A DNA stretch of 38,337 bases from Chrysochromulina tobinii (lineage: Eukaryota), in the NCBI GenBank assembly GCA_001275005.1, contig JWZX01002744.1, positions 1-38,337 on the forward strand, written 5' to 3'. A program made the translations under genes and the position numbers. This document shows, in pieces, positions 29,170 through 38,337 of this stretch (position 1 is its first letter; every line of letters begins with the position of its first letter). The notes below the pieces were generated by a model. That model saw only the letters and a list, made by a program, of their open reading frames with translations, was not told the origin of the DNA and did no database searches.

Positions 29170-32040
29170 TCAGAACTTGGCCTTCCTGCCCGAGCCAGAC
29201 GGGACCGCCGAGGGCACCGCATTCAGCAGCGCGAGCAGCTCGGCCGCGCCATCGACGACCACCTCGTCGCCGGCCGGCGCGGGTGCGCCCGCAGCGGCTG
29301 GTGCGCTACGTGGCATCGTCGAGGCGCCGCCCGCGGCGGCGGCGGCGGCGGCGAGCTGCATGGCGGGCAGCCGGCGGAGCACGAGCCGTACGAGGTGCGG
29401 CACCGCGCGCAGCGGGAAGCTCTTCCACTGAAGCAGGGCCTCCCACACGGGCGGCTCAGGCAGTGGGCTGCACGCCGCCTGCTGCAGTGGCGCCTGGGCC
29501 TCAAGCAGCGTCGCAGCGGCCGCAAAGCTGCCGGCGAGCGTCTCCGCGCCGTACTGCTTGGGGCGGACGTGGAGGTCGGGGAGAGCGAGCGAGCCCAGCA
29601 CGGCGCCGGCCGCCGCCGACGGCAACGCGATGGCGTCGCGCCCAACTTGGCGCCATTCGACCTCCTCTCGCGCGAGAGTCTCGGCGGCGGGTGAGGCCCC
29701 AAGAAAGGCGACCAGCTGCGAGAGGGGCGCCGAGTGCAGCGAGAGCAGCGAGAGCAGCCAGAGGGCGAGTTGAGCGAGCCTCCGCCGCTCCTCCGCCACG
29801 TCGGTGGGCCTGTCCTCGGCAGCGGAGGACGGCGCCGCCGCGTTCGCCGCCTCCTCCGCCGCTCGAACCGCCTTCGTCGCGGCGGAGGACTCATCCGGAG
29901 CGACGGCGAGGGAAGCCACATCGACCTCCGCCGCGACCAGCCCGAGAAGCATCTTCAGATCACGAGCCCACACGCCGAGCATCGCCTCTGACGGCGAGGT
30001 GGGCCCCCAATACGCTTGGAGCAGCCGCTGCGCTGACCGACGCAGGGTGCGCAGGTAGAGGTACTCGGCGGCGTCGTGGTGGGCGAGTCCTCCCCGCAAG
30101 TGGCACCGAAGGCTCACGAGGGTACTGGCTGCATGCTGCATCGGGAGCGAGCAGCGCTGCCCCTGGCGCCACGGACGCTGCTGGTGCCAAAAGGGGCGGT
30201 GGGCCAAGGCGGAGCCCGCCGCGCCTGTGGGATCTGATGAAACCGCCGCAGTCGCCTCGAGCAAGCTGAGAGCGGGCGCCGTCGTGAGCAGAGCGCTACC
30301 CTCGACGATCTGCCAGCGCAGCCGCTCGATGAGTGCGCCGAGCACAGCCGCGGCCGCACCGAGCGTCGGCGCGCACTGCGCGTGCTGCCACTTGAGCGGC
30401 GGGACTGCGGCGCTGGCTGCGCCGCGCTCGGAGCCGGCCGCGAGCCTGTCCACAAAGCTTTTGAGCGCGAGTGCAGACGAGAGGCAGACGATCGGCACGG
30501 CGCTCTCGGACGCCGCGAGCTCCGCAGCCGCAGCCGAGAGCGGCGGCACCTCGTCCGTGGCGGGCAGCGGCGCCGCAGGTGGCGGGCGCGATGGCGGAGG
30601 AGCTCCAAACTTGGAGCCGGCGACAGGGGAGGCGCCCGTCACGGCGCTCGACGCCGTCTCAGCGACGTCGGCGAGCTGCCCCAGATAGGCAGCATACATG
30701 GTACACGCGCGCGCGACGGCCTCGCAGAGCGCCGTGTCGAGCGCCGCCGTCACGCCGTACAGAGGGCCCGCCGCGTGCAGTGGCAGCGAGCTCAGCAGCA
30801 TCGCCGTGGAGCCGAGAACCATCCCAGCCTTGGCCGTCGGCGCACCCGCCGCCGCGCCCGCGCCATAGCGCATGGGCACCCAGCTCGTGCGCCCGGCGCC
30901 GTCGCGCGCCTCGGAGGCCATGGCGCCGCGCACCAGCTGCGCCACGTGAGCGGCCGACGCAGCTGCGAGCCATTCCTCGCTGGTCGCGAGCGCGCGCGCG
31001 CGCTCGAGCTTGCCCAGCACGGCGTGCGTGAGCGCGGGCGAGGCCGCGCTCAGGGCGGCGCTCAGTCCACACAGCGCGTCGCACACGGCGGCCGCCTCGC
31101 GAATGGCGCTCGGCCAATCGATTCGGCACGCGACGCGCCGCGCGCCGCCGCCGCCCTCGACGGCGCCGGACGTCCTGCGCTCGAGCCGAGTTTCGTCACC
31201 CTCGGTGATGGGCACCACGGTCGCAGGCTTGAACTTGGTCTGGCGGAAACCCAGCCGAACGGCGCCCGGCGTGGAGCGCGGCGCGCCGGCGCCGGGCGCC
31301 GCAGCGGCGGGTGCCGCGCCCTTTGTCTCGAGAGCGTCCCGGGGACTCAAGTGCGAAGTCGCATCGGTGACAGCCGCCTGCGCCGCGCTGGCCACGTAGT
31401 TCAGGCAGAGGACGTCGAGCAGCTCGGGCAGCTTGCCGAAGCGTGTGAAGGTCGTCTGCAGCAGGTCGAGATCCTCGGCGAGGACGAGGCGGCGCACGCA
31501 CGCGACGCACCGGCGCACCGAGGCGGCCGACGCACCGTGCAGCCCGGTTGGCGGGGCCACTTCCGCCGCCGCCTTTGAGATGTCGGCCTTACGCAGCCTC
31601 TGATAGAGCGCCCACGTTTTCGCCGGAAAGCTGGTGCACAGCTCGGCCAGCAGCGCCTTGTGCGCCTTCAGGTCCGTGCACTCGAGCAGCCGCCTCTCGG
31701 CAGCGTCGAACTCTGCATCGGTCATCTCTACCATCGCTTCTGCCCGCATCAGAGGTATGGAAGGCGGCTGCGACGGTGGCGCCTCTACCTGTGCTCCCAA
31801 ATTCTGGAGAATCGGCGCTTTCGCCGATGACAAGGACGCCGCCTTTGCCGCGTGAGCGTCAGTGCTGATTGGCAAGAGCTTGCCAGGCAGTGTACCCAGC
31901 GCCCGCTCAGGTGGTAGAGCGAGGGCGCCTCGCTTCAGGAACTCCTTGAGCGCGAGCGGCGTCGGTTTGGGCGAAAGCTTCAGAGGTGCGAGTTGAAGTG
32001 GGGTGATGGATTGGGGATGACCCGTCGAGGATTGCACCAT
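29170..32040 (-). CDS. Large alpha-helical protein, probably KIAA0825/DUF4495-like
   Basis: Long Ala/Leu-rich ORF. FWHQQRPWRQGQRCSLPMQ...SLRCHL...LRRS...LLQAY...PS...RDL resembles, from memory, the W..K.FYEGERCSF.IQ block of KIAA0825. Start at ATG 32040 is inferred. Confidence 0.6.
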   Translation of the reverse strand: MVQSSTGHPQSITPLQLAPLKLSPKPTPLALKEFLKRGALALPPERALGTLPGKLLPISTDAHAAKAASLSSAKAPILQNLGAQVEAPPSQPPSIPLMRAEAMVEMTDAEFDAAERRLLECTDLKAHKALLAELCTSFPAKTWALYQRLRKADISKAAAEVAPPTGLHGASAASVRRCVACVRRLVLAEDLDLLQTTFTRFGKLPELLDVLCLNYVASAAQAAVTDATSHLSPRDALETKGAAPAAAAPGAGAPRSTPGAVRLGFRQTKFKPATVVPITEGDETRLERRTSGAVEGGGGARRVACRIDWPSAIREAAAVCDALCGLSAALSAASPALTHAVLGKLERARALATSEEWLAAASAAHVAQLVRGAMASEARDGAGRTSWVPMRYGAGAAAGAPTAKAGMVLGSTAMLLSSLPLHAAGPLYGVTAALDTALCEAVARACTMYAAYLGQLADVAETASSAVTGASPVAGSKFGAPPPSRPPPAAPLPATDEVPPLSAAAAELAASESAVPIVCLSSALALKSFVDRLAAGSERGAASAAVPPLKWQHAQCAPTLGAAAAVLGALIERLRWQIVEGSALLTTAPALSLLEATAAVSSDPTGAAGSALAHRPFWHQQRPWRQGQRCSLPMQHAASTLVSLRCHLRGGLAHHDAAEYLYLRTLRRSAQRLLQAYWGPTSPSEAMLGVWARDLKMLLGLVAAEVDVASLAVAPDESSAATKAVRAAEEAANAAAPSSAAEDRPTDVAEERRRLAQLALWLLSLLSLHSAPLSQLVAFLGASPAAETLAREEVEWRQVGRDAIALPSAAAGAVLGSLALPDLHVRPKQYGAETLAGSFAAAATLLEAQAPLQQAACSPLPEPPVWEALLQWKSFPLRAVPHLVRLVLRRLPAMQLAAAAAAAGGASTMPRSAPAAAGAPAPAGDEVVVDGAAELLALLNAVPSAVPSGSGRKAKF

Positions 32041-32216
32041 GCGCCTTCGGCCGTTTGGAACCGGGAGCGGACCGAAGGTGTGAATTCTCACGATCACATT
32101 AAAATGCCATCTCATACAATAGTAGCGCAAGTCGATCTCAAACATCTCCACCGGCACGGCGACCAACCGGCTACGCTTACCAACCTCGAGAGTACTCCCG
32201 ACCGTAGCTCGCACTT

Positions 32217-32286
32217 CGAGACCGCAATTCCGAGATCGCATCTCCGAGATCGCATCTCCGAGACCGCATCTCCGATAATCTCCGAG
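32217..32286. repeat. 14-bp minisatellite (CGAGATCGCATCTC, ~4-5 copies)
   Basis: Units at 32217, 32231, 32245 and 32259, plus a degenerate unit at 32273. Confidence 0.8.
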
Positions 32287-32350
32287 GCTGGCCCACCAGC
32301 CGTGACCTCAGCCGGCAACGAGCTCAGCCACCCAGGCCACTATCTGGCCA

Positions 32351-33538
32351 CTATTGGCCTCTGATGGCCGCCGCGATGGCCAGTAGGGGGTTGGCCGGAC
32401 GCTCCTTGGCCACAGTGGCGACCGCCAGTGAGAGAGCCTTCTGCACGCCAAAGTGATCCAGGTACGCTCGGTCGCTCAATGCTTTGAGGTCCACTACCTC
32501 CACAGGCCCACGGGCTAGCTCGGTGGCTGGCTGGCCCGCGGCGGCGGCGGCGGCGGCAGCGGCAGCTCGCTCAAACTCTGCCTTCGCCTGGATGAACTTG
32601 GCGTAGTTCTCATCCGTGTAATTGCATGCCGCCTCGGGGCTCAGCGCACTGCTGCCGCTCACCTCCGCCACAACTCCCCACAGGGTCTCACGTAAGGTGG
32701 CGAGGACCTTGACGCACTGGAAGGTGAGCGCCTGCTGCGCCGAGAGCGCATCGAGCTGCAGGTAGCTGCTCACGAGCGTGCGCTCCTGTGTCGGCGAGAG
32801 ACCGCACCCCATCGCCAGGATGGCGAGATCCATCAGCGGCTGACCGACGTTACAATACTCGAAGTCGACAATATGGACCGTGGGCGCGGCGCCGCCCTCG
32901 CCGCGCGCGCAAACGACGTTGCTGGGCAGCAAGTCGAAGTGGCAAAAGGCAGCCGGCGACAGCGGACCAGCCGCCGCCTCCACTGCCGGTAGCAGCCCGT
33001 CAGCGCCTTCGACGAGAGGCAGGCGCCTAAAGCCGCCCTCGCGCGCATACGCGAGCCACCGCTTCAAGTCGGGCGGCGCCCATGTCTGCTCAGTGGGCGC
33101 CGCACTTGCAATCTCGGCGGGTATCGGCGTGGCATGCAGCCGTCGGATCGTGGCCGATAACGAGGCGAGCAGCGCGGCATCCTTGCCGTCGCACGCTGCC
33201 TTGACCTCCACCTCGGTGAGGGAACGGCCGTCAATGAAGGCGCACACCAACACATCTGGGAGCTCGGTGTGGATGACGCGCGCGCCGATGCCCGCAGCCT
33301 CCACCGCGCGCGCAGCCGCTTGCTCCTTGACGCGCGACACGCCGTACGCGGGCAGGTCGCTTCCCACCCTGATGAAGAAGCGCTCACCCGATGCGGAGTC
33401 CTTGGCGATGAAATTCTGGTTGGTGCGACCCTCTCCGAGGCCAAGGTCTTCGGTCACATCGTTCACGTGCGTGATCGACATGGTGCGGCCCGTCCAGATC
33501 GACAGCCCTTGGGCGCGCTCGAGCGAGGCTTTCTTCAT
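32351..33538 (-). CDS. Choline/ethanolamine kinase family (APH-like) with a C-terminal Dpy-30/RIIa-like motif
   Basis: GRTNQNF, FCHFDLLPSN (Brenner motif), IVDFEY. C-terminal RAYLDHFGVQKALSLAVATVAKERPANPLLAIA. Confidence 0.85.
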   Translation of the reverse strand: MKKASLERAQGLSIWTGRTMSITHVNDVTEDLGLGEGRTNQNFIAKDSASGERFFIRVGSDLPAYGVSRVKEQAAARAVEAAGIGARVIHTELPDVLVCAFIDGRSLTEVEVKAACDGKDAALLASLSATIRRLHATPIPAEIASAAPTEQTWAPPDLKRWLAYAREGGFRRLPLVEGADGLLPAVEAAAGPLSPAAFCHFDLLPSNVVCARGEGGAAPTVHIVDFEYCNVGQPLMDLAILAMGCGLSPTQERTLVSSYLQLDALSAQQALTFQCVKVLATLRETLWGVVAEVSGSSALSPEAACNYTDENYAKFIQAKAEFERAAAAAAAAAAGQPATELARGPVEVVDLKALSDRAYLDHFGVQKALSLAVATVAKERPANPLLAIAAAIRGQ

Positions 33539-33783
33539 GTCGGCCTCGACGCTCTACATTTCATGTGACGCCCACCATTCATGTGAATTCATTCATGTTT
33601 ACTCACACACCAAATTCACACCATCACGTAACAGCAACGCAGGACTCTCGAAATGAGACACGTGTAGTGCAGGCGGAGAGCTGAGAAACAGCCAAAATAA
33701 GAGAGTCCACTTTGAGAGTGGCGCGAGACCCATCATTCACAACACGTTCACAGCTGAGCATGAAACTAAGCAAACGGTCTTAA

Positions 33784-36700
33784 TTAAAACCCCTCCTTCC
33801 ATGGTCCTTCCTCTTCTACCACCGACGACGGCGCAGCCACCACGCCTGGCTCCGGTTGCGTCGCCGCCAGCAATGTTCTCTCCACCATGCTCTCCACTGG
33901 AGGTTCAAACGACGGCGCAGCCACCCGAGCCCGCTGCGGCGGCACCACGCGTTGGATGCGCGTCGTGGTGAGCGCTGGCGTGCTCTGCGACGCGGCGAGC
34001 CCCCGGCCAACGAGTGCATCGAGCGCGGGAACGTCCGTTGCAAGGTTGCCTTCGGACGTACCGGACGCGAACCCCGGCGTAAACGAACGCGTCGAGCCCG
34101 GCGCGAAGGAACGCAGCGAGGCAGCGCCCCCCTGCGCGTCCCCGGGTGCCACCAATCGCGGCAGGCGCTGCGACACGTGCGGGGGCGGTACGGCAGCGCC
34201 CAGCGACACGCTGCTGAAGGACGGTGCGAGTCGAGGCGGTTCAAGAGCGTCGTGTCGAGTGGTTCCACAGGATCGGGCGCGAGCAGGCCCAGTAGGAGCA
34301 GCCATGATCGCGCCAGTGGGCGGCGCGGCGCTCATCCGAGGGAGGCGTGTGGCGACCATACCGGTGCCCGTCACGGCGTCGGCGCTCATCACGGCGCTCA
34401 TTCGAGGGAGGCGTGTGGCGACCATACCGGTGCCCATCACGGCGTCGGCGCCCATCACGGCGTCGGCGGGCCGGGGCAACGCGACGTCGCGCGTGGGGCT
34501 TGGGGGCTCAGCCTCGGCGTTCTCGATGCTTCGCAGCAGCTCGAGCAGCACAGCGTCCGACGGCGCGGCTCGGGGCATGGGGCTCGGTGGTAGAGGCTCC
34601 GCCTCCGTATCCAGGTGCACTGCCTCGATGGATGGTCGTGGCACGGGCGCGGGATCCCGCGGCGGCGACTTGGGCCGGCCTGGCTGGTGCCGGTCGGGCT
34701 GGTAGCGTGATCCAGCGATGAAGCCCACACGCCCACGCAGGGAGAGGCGAGCAAGCCGTGTGGCTGAGCGGCTCAAAAAGCCGCTCAGCGACGTGAGCAG
34801 GGGCCCAAAGGAGGTGGCTGCCGTTCGGGAGGTGCGTGGGCCCTTGCGCGCGGGGTCGTCGTCGTCATCGTCGGGGGCGAGGGTAGGGAAGGCCGAAGAG
34901 ACCGCCAAGCTGGACGGTTGATAGTCGGGATCATCCATGCCATTGAGGTAAGGACGTAGAGACCGGCGAGCGCGCGTGGTGGTTGCAAATATCGAGCCTC
35001 TTCTGATGAACTGCGGCGATGAAGAACCCGACCTCTCGCTCACGTCACCACCTGCGCTCGCTACGCCTGCACTCGCTACCACCGCCGCACCGAGAGGCCT
35101 CCACTGACGGGGGCGCGGAGCACGCTCGCCGCCTTCGCCCCCTTCGCTCTCATCCTGCACCTCGTTGGCCGCCTCTCCCGTAAAAGGATTCGCGACCGTC
35201 TTGGCTTTGTTGTTCGTCGTCATTCGATCCTCATCGGGAACCACTCGCAGCTCAGTGAAGCGCTGCTTGCGACGGCGCGAGTACCAGCGGACCGCAAGCA
35301 GGCCCATTAGCAGCAGCAGCAGCGCCAGCGGCACAAAGATGGCCGCCGCCATCGCCCCGTCCATCCCGGAGACGCCCAAGCGCGCAGCATGGGGAGGCTC
35401 GGGCGGCGCCGAGTTGGACAGCTCGCTCAGCAGAGAGGCTCGCACTTGGGTGATGGGCACGCCCAGGACACTCGAGAAGAAGGAGCTCGCGCCTGCAGCG
35501 TTCGCGTCGAGCCGTGCCAGCAGCGCCGCAAACGCTGCCGGCGTTGGCTCCAGCGGCTGGATCCAGAACGTGAGCTCGGTTGTGTAGCTGCGAGCGACCA
35601 GGCCGGTGCTTAGGCCGGGCAGCTCGAGGGTGTGCACGAGCGCCACGTTGCTGAAGGGGACGTAGGCAACGACCGCGACGCGACGCGGGAACTCGAGCCG
35701 CCAGTCGAGCGATGCGATCCATCCGTGGGCGCTCGCGGGTCCGGTGTCGGGTGGGGAAGGAGGAGGTGGGGAAGGAGGAGGAGGTGAAGGTGTTGGAGGT
35801 GAGGACGGAGGCGGAAGGTTTGCGCGCGGTCCGCAGTCGCTGCAGTCGGTTCCGTGAGCGCACAGTGCGTATTCGGCGCCGGGGCCGCCGTCGTCGCACC
35901 AAGTGTCGAACGCATAGCCACTGCAGGTGTTGCTGCACACGTGTGCCGGGGGAGGGGAAGGAGATGGCGGCGGCGGTAGAAGCAAAGGGGGAAGAGATGT
36001 ACCGCTACTCTGCAGCCTGCGGACCTGACCGGTCACGTCCACTGCAGTGCTCGCACCGCCGGCTGCAGCGATGCTGGCAACAAAAGCGGCGACCGACGCC
36101 GAGGTTGGGTGCGCGTCAAGCTCGGAGATTGAGTACGCTGTCAACAGCCGCAGCACGACGACCTCGCGTGGGGGCGAGGGAGGGGGTGGCGGGGAGTAGG
36201 TGCACGCGCTCTGCAGGTGCACGTTGACCGCAGGGGCAAAGGTGGCGGCGGTCGAGTCCGCGCAGCCGAGCACGGGTGTGATGCATGCGCCCTCGACTGA
36301 TGGGTCCAGATTGATGGTAGCTTCCACCGTGTAGCCGAGCAAGCTCGAGTTGGTACAGCCGAGCACGCGGCAAACGACGTTGGCGGCGACGTTGGCGGTC
36401 ACGTCGAAGTTCGACGCAACGCTGAGCGTGCATCCTGCACGTGCCTCGAGGCAGATGACGCCCACGACCGTTGCGATCGGGTCGAAGTTCAGCGCGAGAG
36501 AGTTGAGGCAGCCAGGCACGACGCACGTGCCGCTGTCGTAGGTGGCGCTGGGCGCAAAGTTAATCGCCTCCGAGAAGGTACATCCTACTCCGTTGAGATT
36601 GCAACTGCCCATGTCGACGAGCGCCCACGCGTCATAGTTTCGCGCGCGAGAATCGGTGCAGCCGCCTACGAAACATGTACCATCATTCATGTTGGCCAGG

Positions 36701-38337
36701 GCCACAAAGTTGATCGCGTTCGGAACGGTGCAGCCAAATATCGGTACGGCGCAGCCGCCGTTGACGCCCCCGCTGACTGGTACCGTGGCGTTGGCCGAGT
36801 AGCTCGGTGAGAAGGAGTCGGTGCAGCCCTCGAAGGCGCATGCGATCAATGGGACGGTGGCGAGCGAGTTGTAATTGATCGCGTTCGGGTGCATGCAGCC
36901 CGCGATCGGGTAGGCGCACGCGGTGCTGCCAAACGGCAGCGAGTACGTGGCATAACTCACGTAGTTGAGCGCGGACGAGACGGTGCACCCTTGCACGGCG
37001 CACGTGGAGGGCACCGCACTGCCCGTGGCCCAGCTCACGTAATTCTCCGCCCGTGAGTCCATGCAGCCGGCGAGCGGGTACTGGCACCTCGTGCCATCGG
37101 CCACGGTTGCCCTCGTGTCAAAGTTGAGCGCCATCGGGTCACGGCAGCCAACCCGATTGAGGATGCATGAGCCGTCGTTGAAGGTGGCGGCCGACATGTA
37201 GTTGAGCGCACTCCAGTCGGTGCAGCCGCGTACTGCCAGGCAGCCGGCCGCAAAGCAGCCGCCATTGTCAATTGTGGCGCGAGAGTTGTAGCAGGCGGAC
37301 GCCGAGTCGGTACATCCCAAGATGCTACGCGCGCAGCTGCCATCGTCCCGGGTGGCGAGAGGGTTGTAGCGACTCGATGTCGTGTTCATGCAGCCGAAGA
37401 CGGCGAAGATGCACGAGCCGTCGTAGCTCGTCGCCCTCGTGTCAAAGTTGATCGCATTCAAGGAGGTGCACCCGGGCACCACCAGTATGCCCACGCAGCC
37501 GCCCGTGCGCATCACCGTCGCGCCCGCGTTAAAGTCCGTAAAGCGGCTGTCTGTGCATCCCTCGAGCCGGAAGATGCAGCTGCCATTGTCACGCGTGGCG
37601 TTCGGGTTGTAGTTGAGCGCCGCGGGCGCGAGGCAGCCGCCAACGTAGTACTCGCACGTCCCGGACGCCACGTTGGCCATTCCGTAGTAGTTGGCCGCCG
37701 TCGAGTCCGTGCAGCCGCGCACCAGGTAACGGCAGCCGTACAGGCTTGTGGCATTGGAGTCGTAGTTGAGCGTGCCCGCGCTGACGGTGCACCCGAGCCT
37801 CGAGTACACGCAGTTGCCGCTGTTATTGTTGGCCGTGGCCACGTAGTTCGCGGCGAGCGAGTCGGTGCAGCCCGTGATGACGAAGTCGCAGCTGCCTTTG
37901 TCCGCCACTAGAGCGAGCGGGTTGTAATTGCTTGCGCTCGGCACGGTGCATCCGAGCGGCGAGGGGGCAAAGATGCAGCCGCCGGAGTCGGTGTTGGCGA
38001 GCGCGATATAGTTGAGCGCGCTCGCATTGCGGCAGCCGGGGATCGGGTAGGTGCAGCTCGTCTGTCTGGTCGCGTTCGGGTTGAAGTTGAGAGCTGTCGG
38101 ATCGCTGCACCCGTCGATTGCACCGAGGGGGTGTGTGAGTGTGTGCGTGAGCATGCGGTGCGGAGTGTCGGCGAAGAGAAGATGCCTCTTTGGCCCCGAG
38201 CGCTTCGTCAGGCGGCGGCCGGTTATCGAAGGGGGCGGAGGGGAGGGCGGCGGAGGAGAGGGCGGCGGAGGAGAGGGAGGCGGCGAGGGTGGCGGGGGCG
38301 AGGGCGGCTTTGAAGGTGGAATCGGTGGTCGACGAGG
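33784..38337 (-). CDS. Large single-pass surface protein with ~24 GCxDxxAxN(Y/F) Cys repeats and SPPP tracts (5' end beyond the window)
   Basis: The frame is open from the window edge. Repeats lie at ~36200-38110, followed by a CDDGGPG...GTDCSDCGPR module, TM helix AAAIFVPLALLLLLMGLLAV-RWYSRRRK and a low-complexity cytoplasmic tail. Confidence 0.88.
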   Translation of the reverse strand, partial: PRRPPIPPSKPPSPPPPSPPPSPPPPSPPPPSPPPPSITGRRLTKRSGPKRHLLFADTPHRMLTHTLTHPLGAIDGCSDPTALNFNPNATRQTSCTYPIPGCRNASALNYIALANTDSGGCIFAPSPLGCTVPSASNYNPLALVADKGSCDFVITGCTDSLAANYVATANNNSGNCVYSRLGCTVSAGTLNYDSNATSLYGCRYLVRGCTDSTAANYYGMANVASGTCEYYVGGCLAPAALNYNPNATRDNGSCIFRLEGCTDSRFTDFNAGATVMRTGGCVGILVVPGCTSLNAINFDTRATSYDGSCIFAVFGCMNTTSSRYNPLATRDDGSCARSILGCTDSASACYNSRATIDNGGCFAAGCLAVRGCTDWSALNYMSAATFNDGSCILNRVGCRDPMALNFDTRATVADGTRCQYPLAGCMDSRAENYVSWATGSAVPSTCAVQGCTVSSALNYVSYATYSLPFGSTACAYPIAGCMHPNAINYNSLATVPLIACAFEGCTDSFSPSYSANATVPVSGGVNGGCAVPIFGCTVPNAINFVALANMNDGTCFVGGCTDSRARNYDAWALVDMGSCNLNGVGCTFSEAINFAPSATYDSGTCVVPGCLNSLALNFDPIATVVGVICLEARAGCTLSVASNFDVTANVAANVVCRVLGCTNSSLLGYTVEATINLDPSVEGACITPVLGCADSTAATFAPAVNVHLQSACTYSPPPPPSPPREVVVLRLLTAYSISELDAHPTSASVAAFVASIAAAGGASTAVDVTGQVRRLQSSGTSLPPLLLPPPPSPSPPPAHVCSNTCSGYAFDTWCDDGGPGAEYALCAHGTDCSDCGPRANLPPPSSPPTPSPPPPSPPPPSPPDTGPASAHGWIASLDWRLEFPRRVAVVAYVPFSNVALVHTLELPGLSTGLVARSYTTELTFWIQPLEPTPAAFAALLARLDANAAGASSFFSSVLGVPITQVRASLLSELSNSAPPEPPHAARLGVSGMDGAMAAAIFVPLALLLLLMGLLAVRWYSRRRKQRFTELRVVPDEDRMTTNNKAKTVANPFTGEAANEVQDESEGGEGGERAPRPRQWRPLGAAVVASAGVASAGGDVSERSGSSSPQFIRRGSIFATTTRARRSLRPYLNGMDDPDYQPSSLAVSSAFPTLAPDDDDDDPARKGPRTSRTAATSFGPLLTSLSGFLSRSATRLARLSLRGRVGFIAGSRYQPDRHQPGRPKSPPRDPAPVPRPSIEAVHLDTEAEPLPPSPMPRAAPSDAVLLELLRSIENAEAEPPSPTRDVALPRPADAVMGADAVMGTGMVATRLPRMSAVMSADAVTGTGMVATRLPRMSAAPPTGAIMAAPTGPARARSCGTTRHDALEPPRLAPSFSSVSLGAAVPPPHVSQRLPRLVAPGDAQGGAASLRSFAPGSTRSFTPGFASGTSEGNLATDVPALDALVGRGLAASQSTPALTTTRIQRVVPPQRARVAAPSFEPPVESMVERTLLAATQPEPGVVAAPSSVVEEEGPWKEGF

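Noticed and set aside
38154..38337. ATG 38154 as the start of the surface protein
   Set aside because: The frame stays open through SPPP repeats to the window edge and no signal peptide follows this ATG, so the gene begins outside the window.

Overview
GC-rich eukaryotic DNA, most likely a haptophyte alga (inferred from Chrysochromulina-style intron microsatellites with CCCTCATCAG acceptors, a GC-AG intron and an AFAP-type plastid-targeting leader). The first 11 kb hold a full-length ~10.2 kb non-LTR (LINE-type) retrotransposon (785-10956). It is bounded by a 13-14 bp target-site duplication and a (TTAC)5 tail, and encodes a novel coiled-coil ORF1 followed by APE endonuclease, RT, RNase H, a split CCHC finger and, unusually, a C-terminal chromodomain. 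It is inserted exactly at the end of a 70-74 bp hairpin mini-repeat that occurs three times and brackets two 2OG-Fe(II) oxygenase genes. One of these genes has its start codon in the 11-nt loop of a perfect 64-bp inverted repeat, currently on the wrong strand. The rest is a compact host gene run: ankyrin-TRP channel, MFS transporter, Raf-like kinase, casein kinase 1, a PP2C-ACT-kinase fusion, a KIAA0825-like protein, a choline kinase with a Dpy-30-like tail, and a 5'-truncated Cys-repeat surface protein. All calls come from motif recognition by eye; no searches were run.
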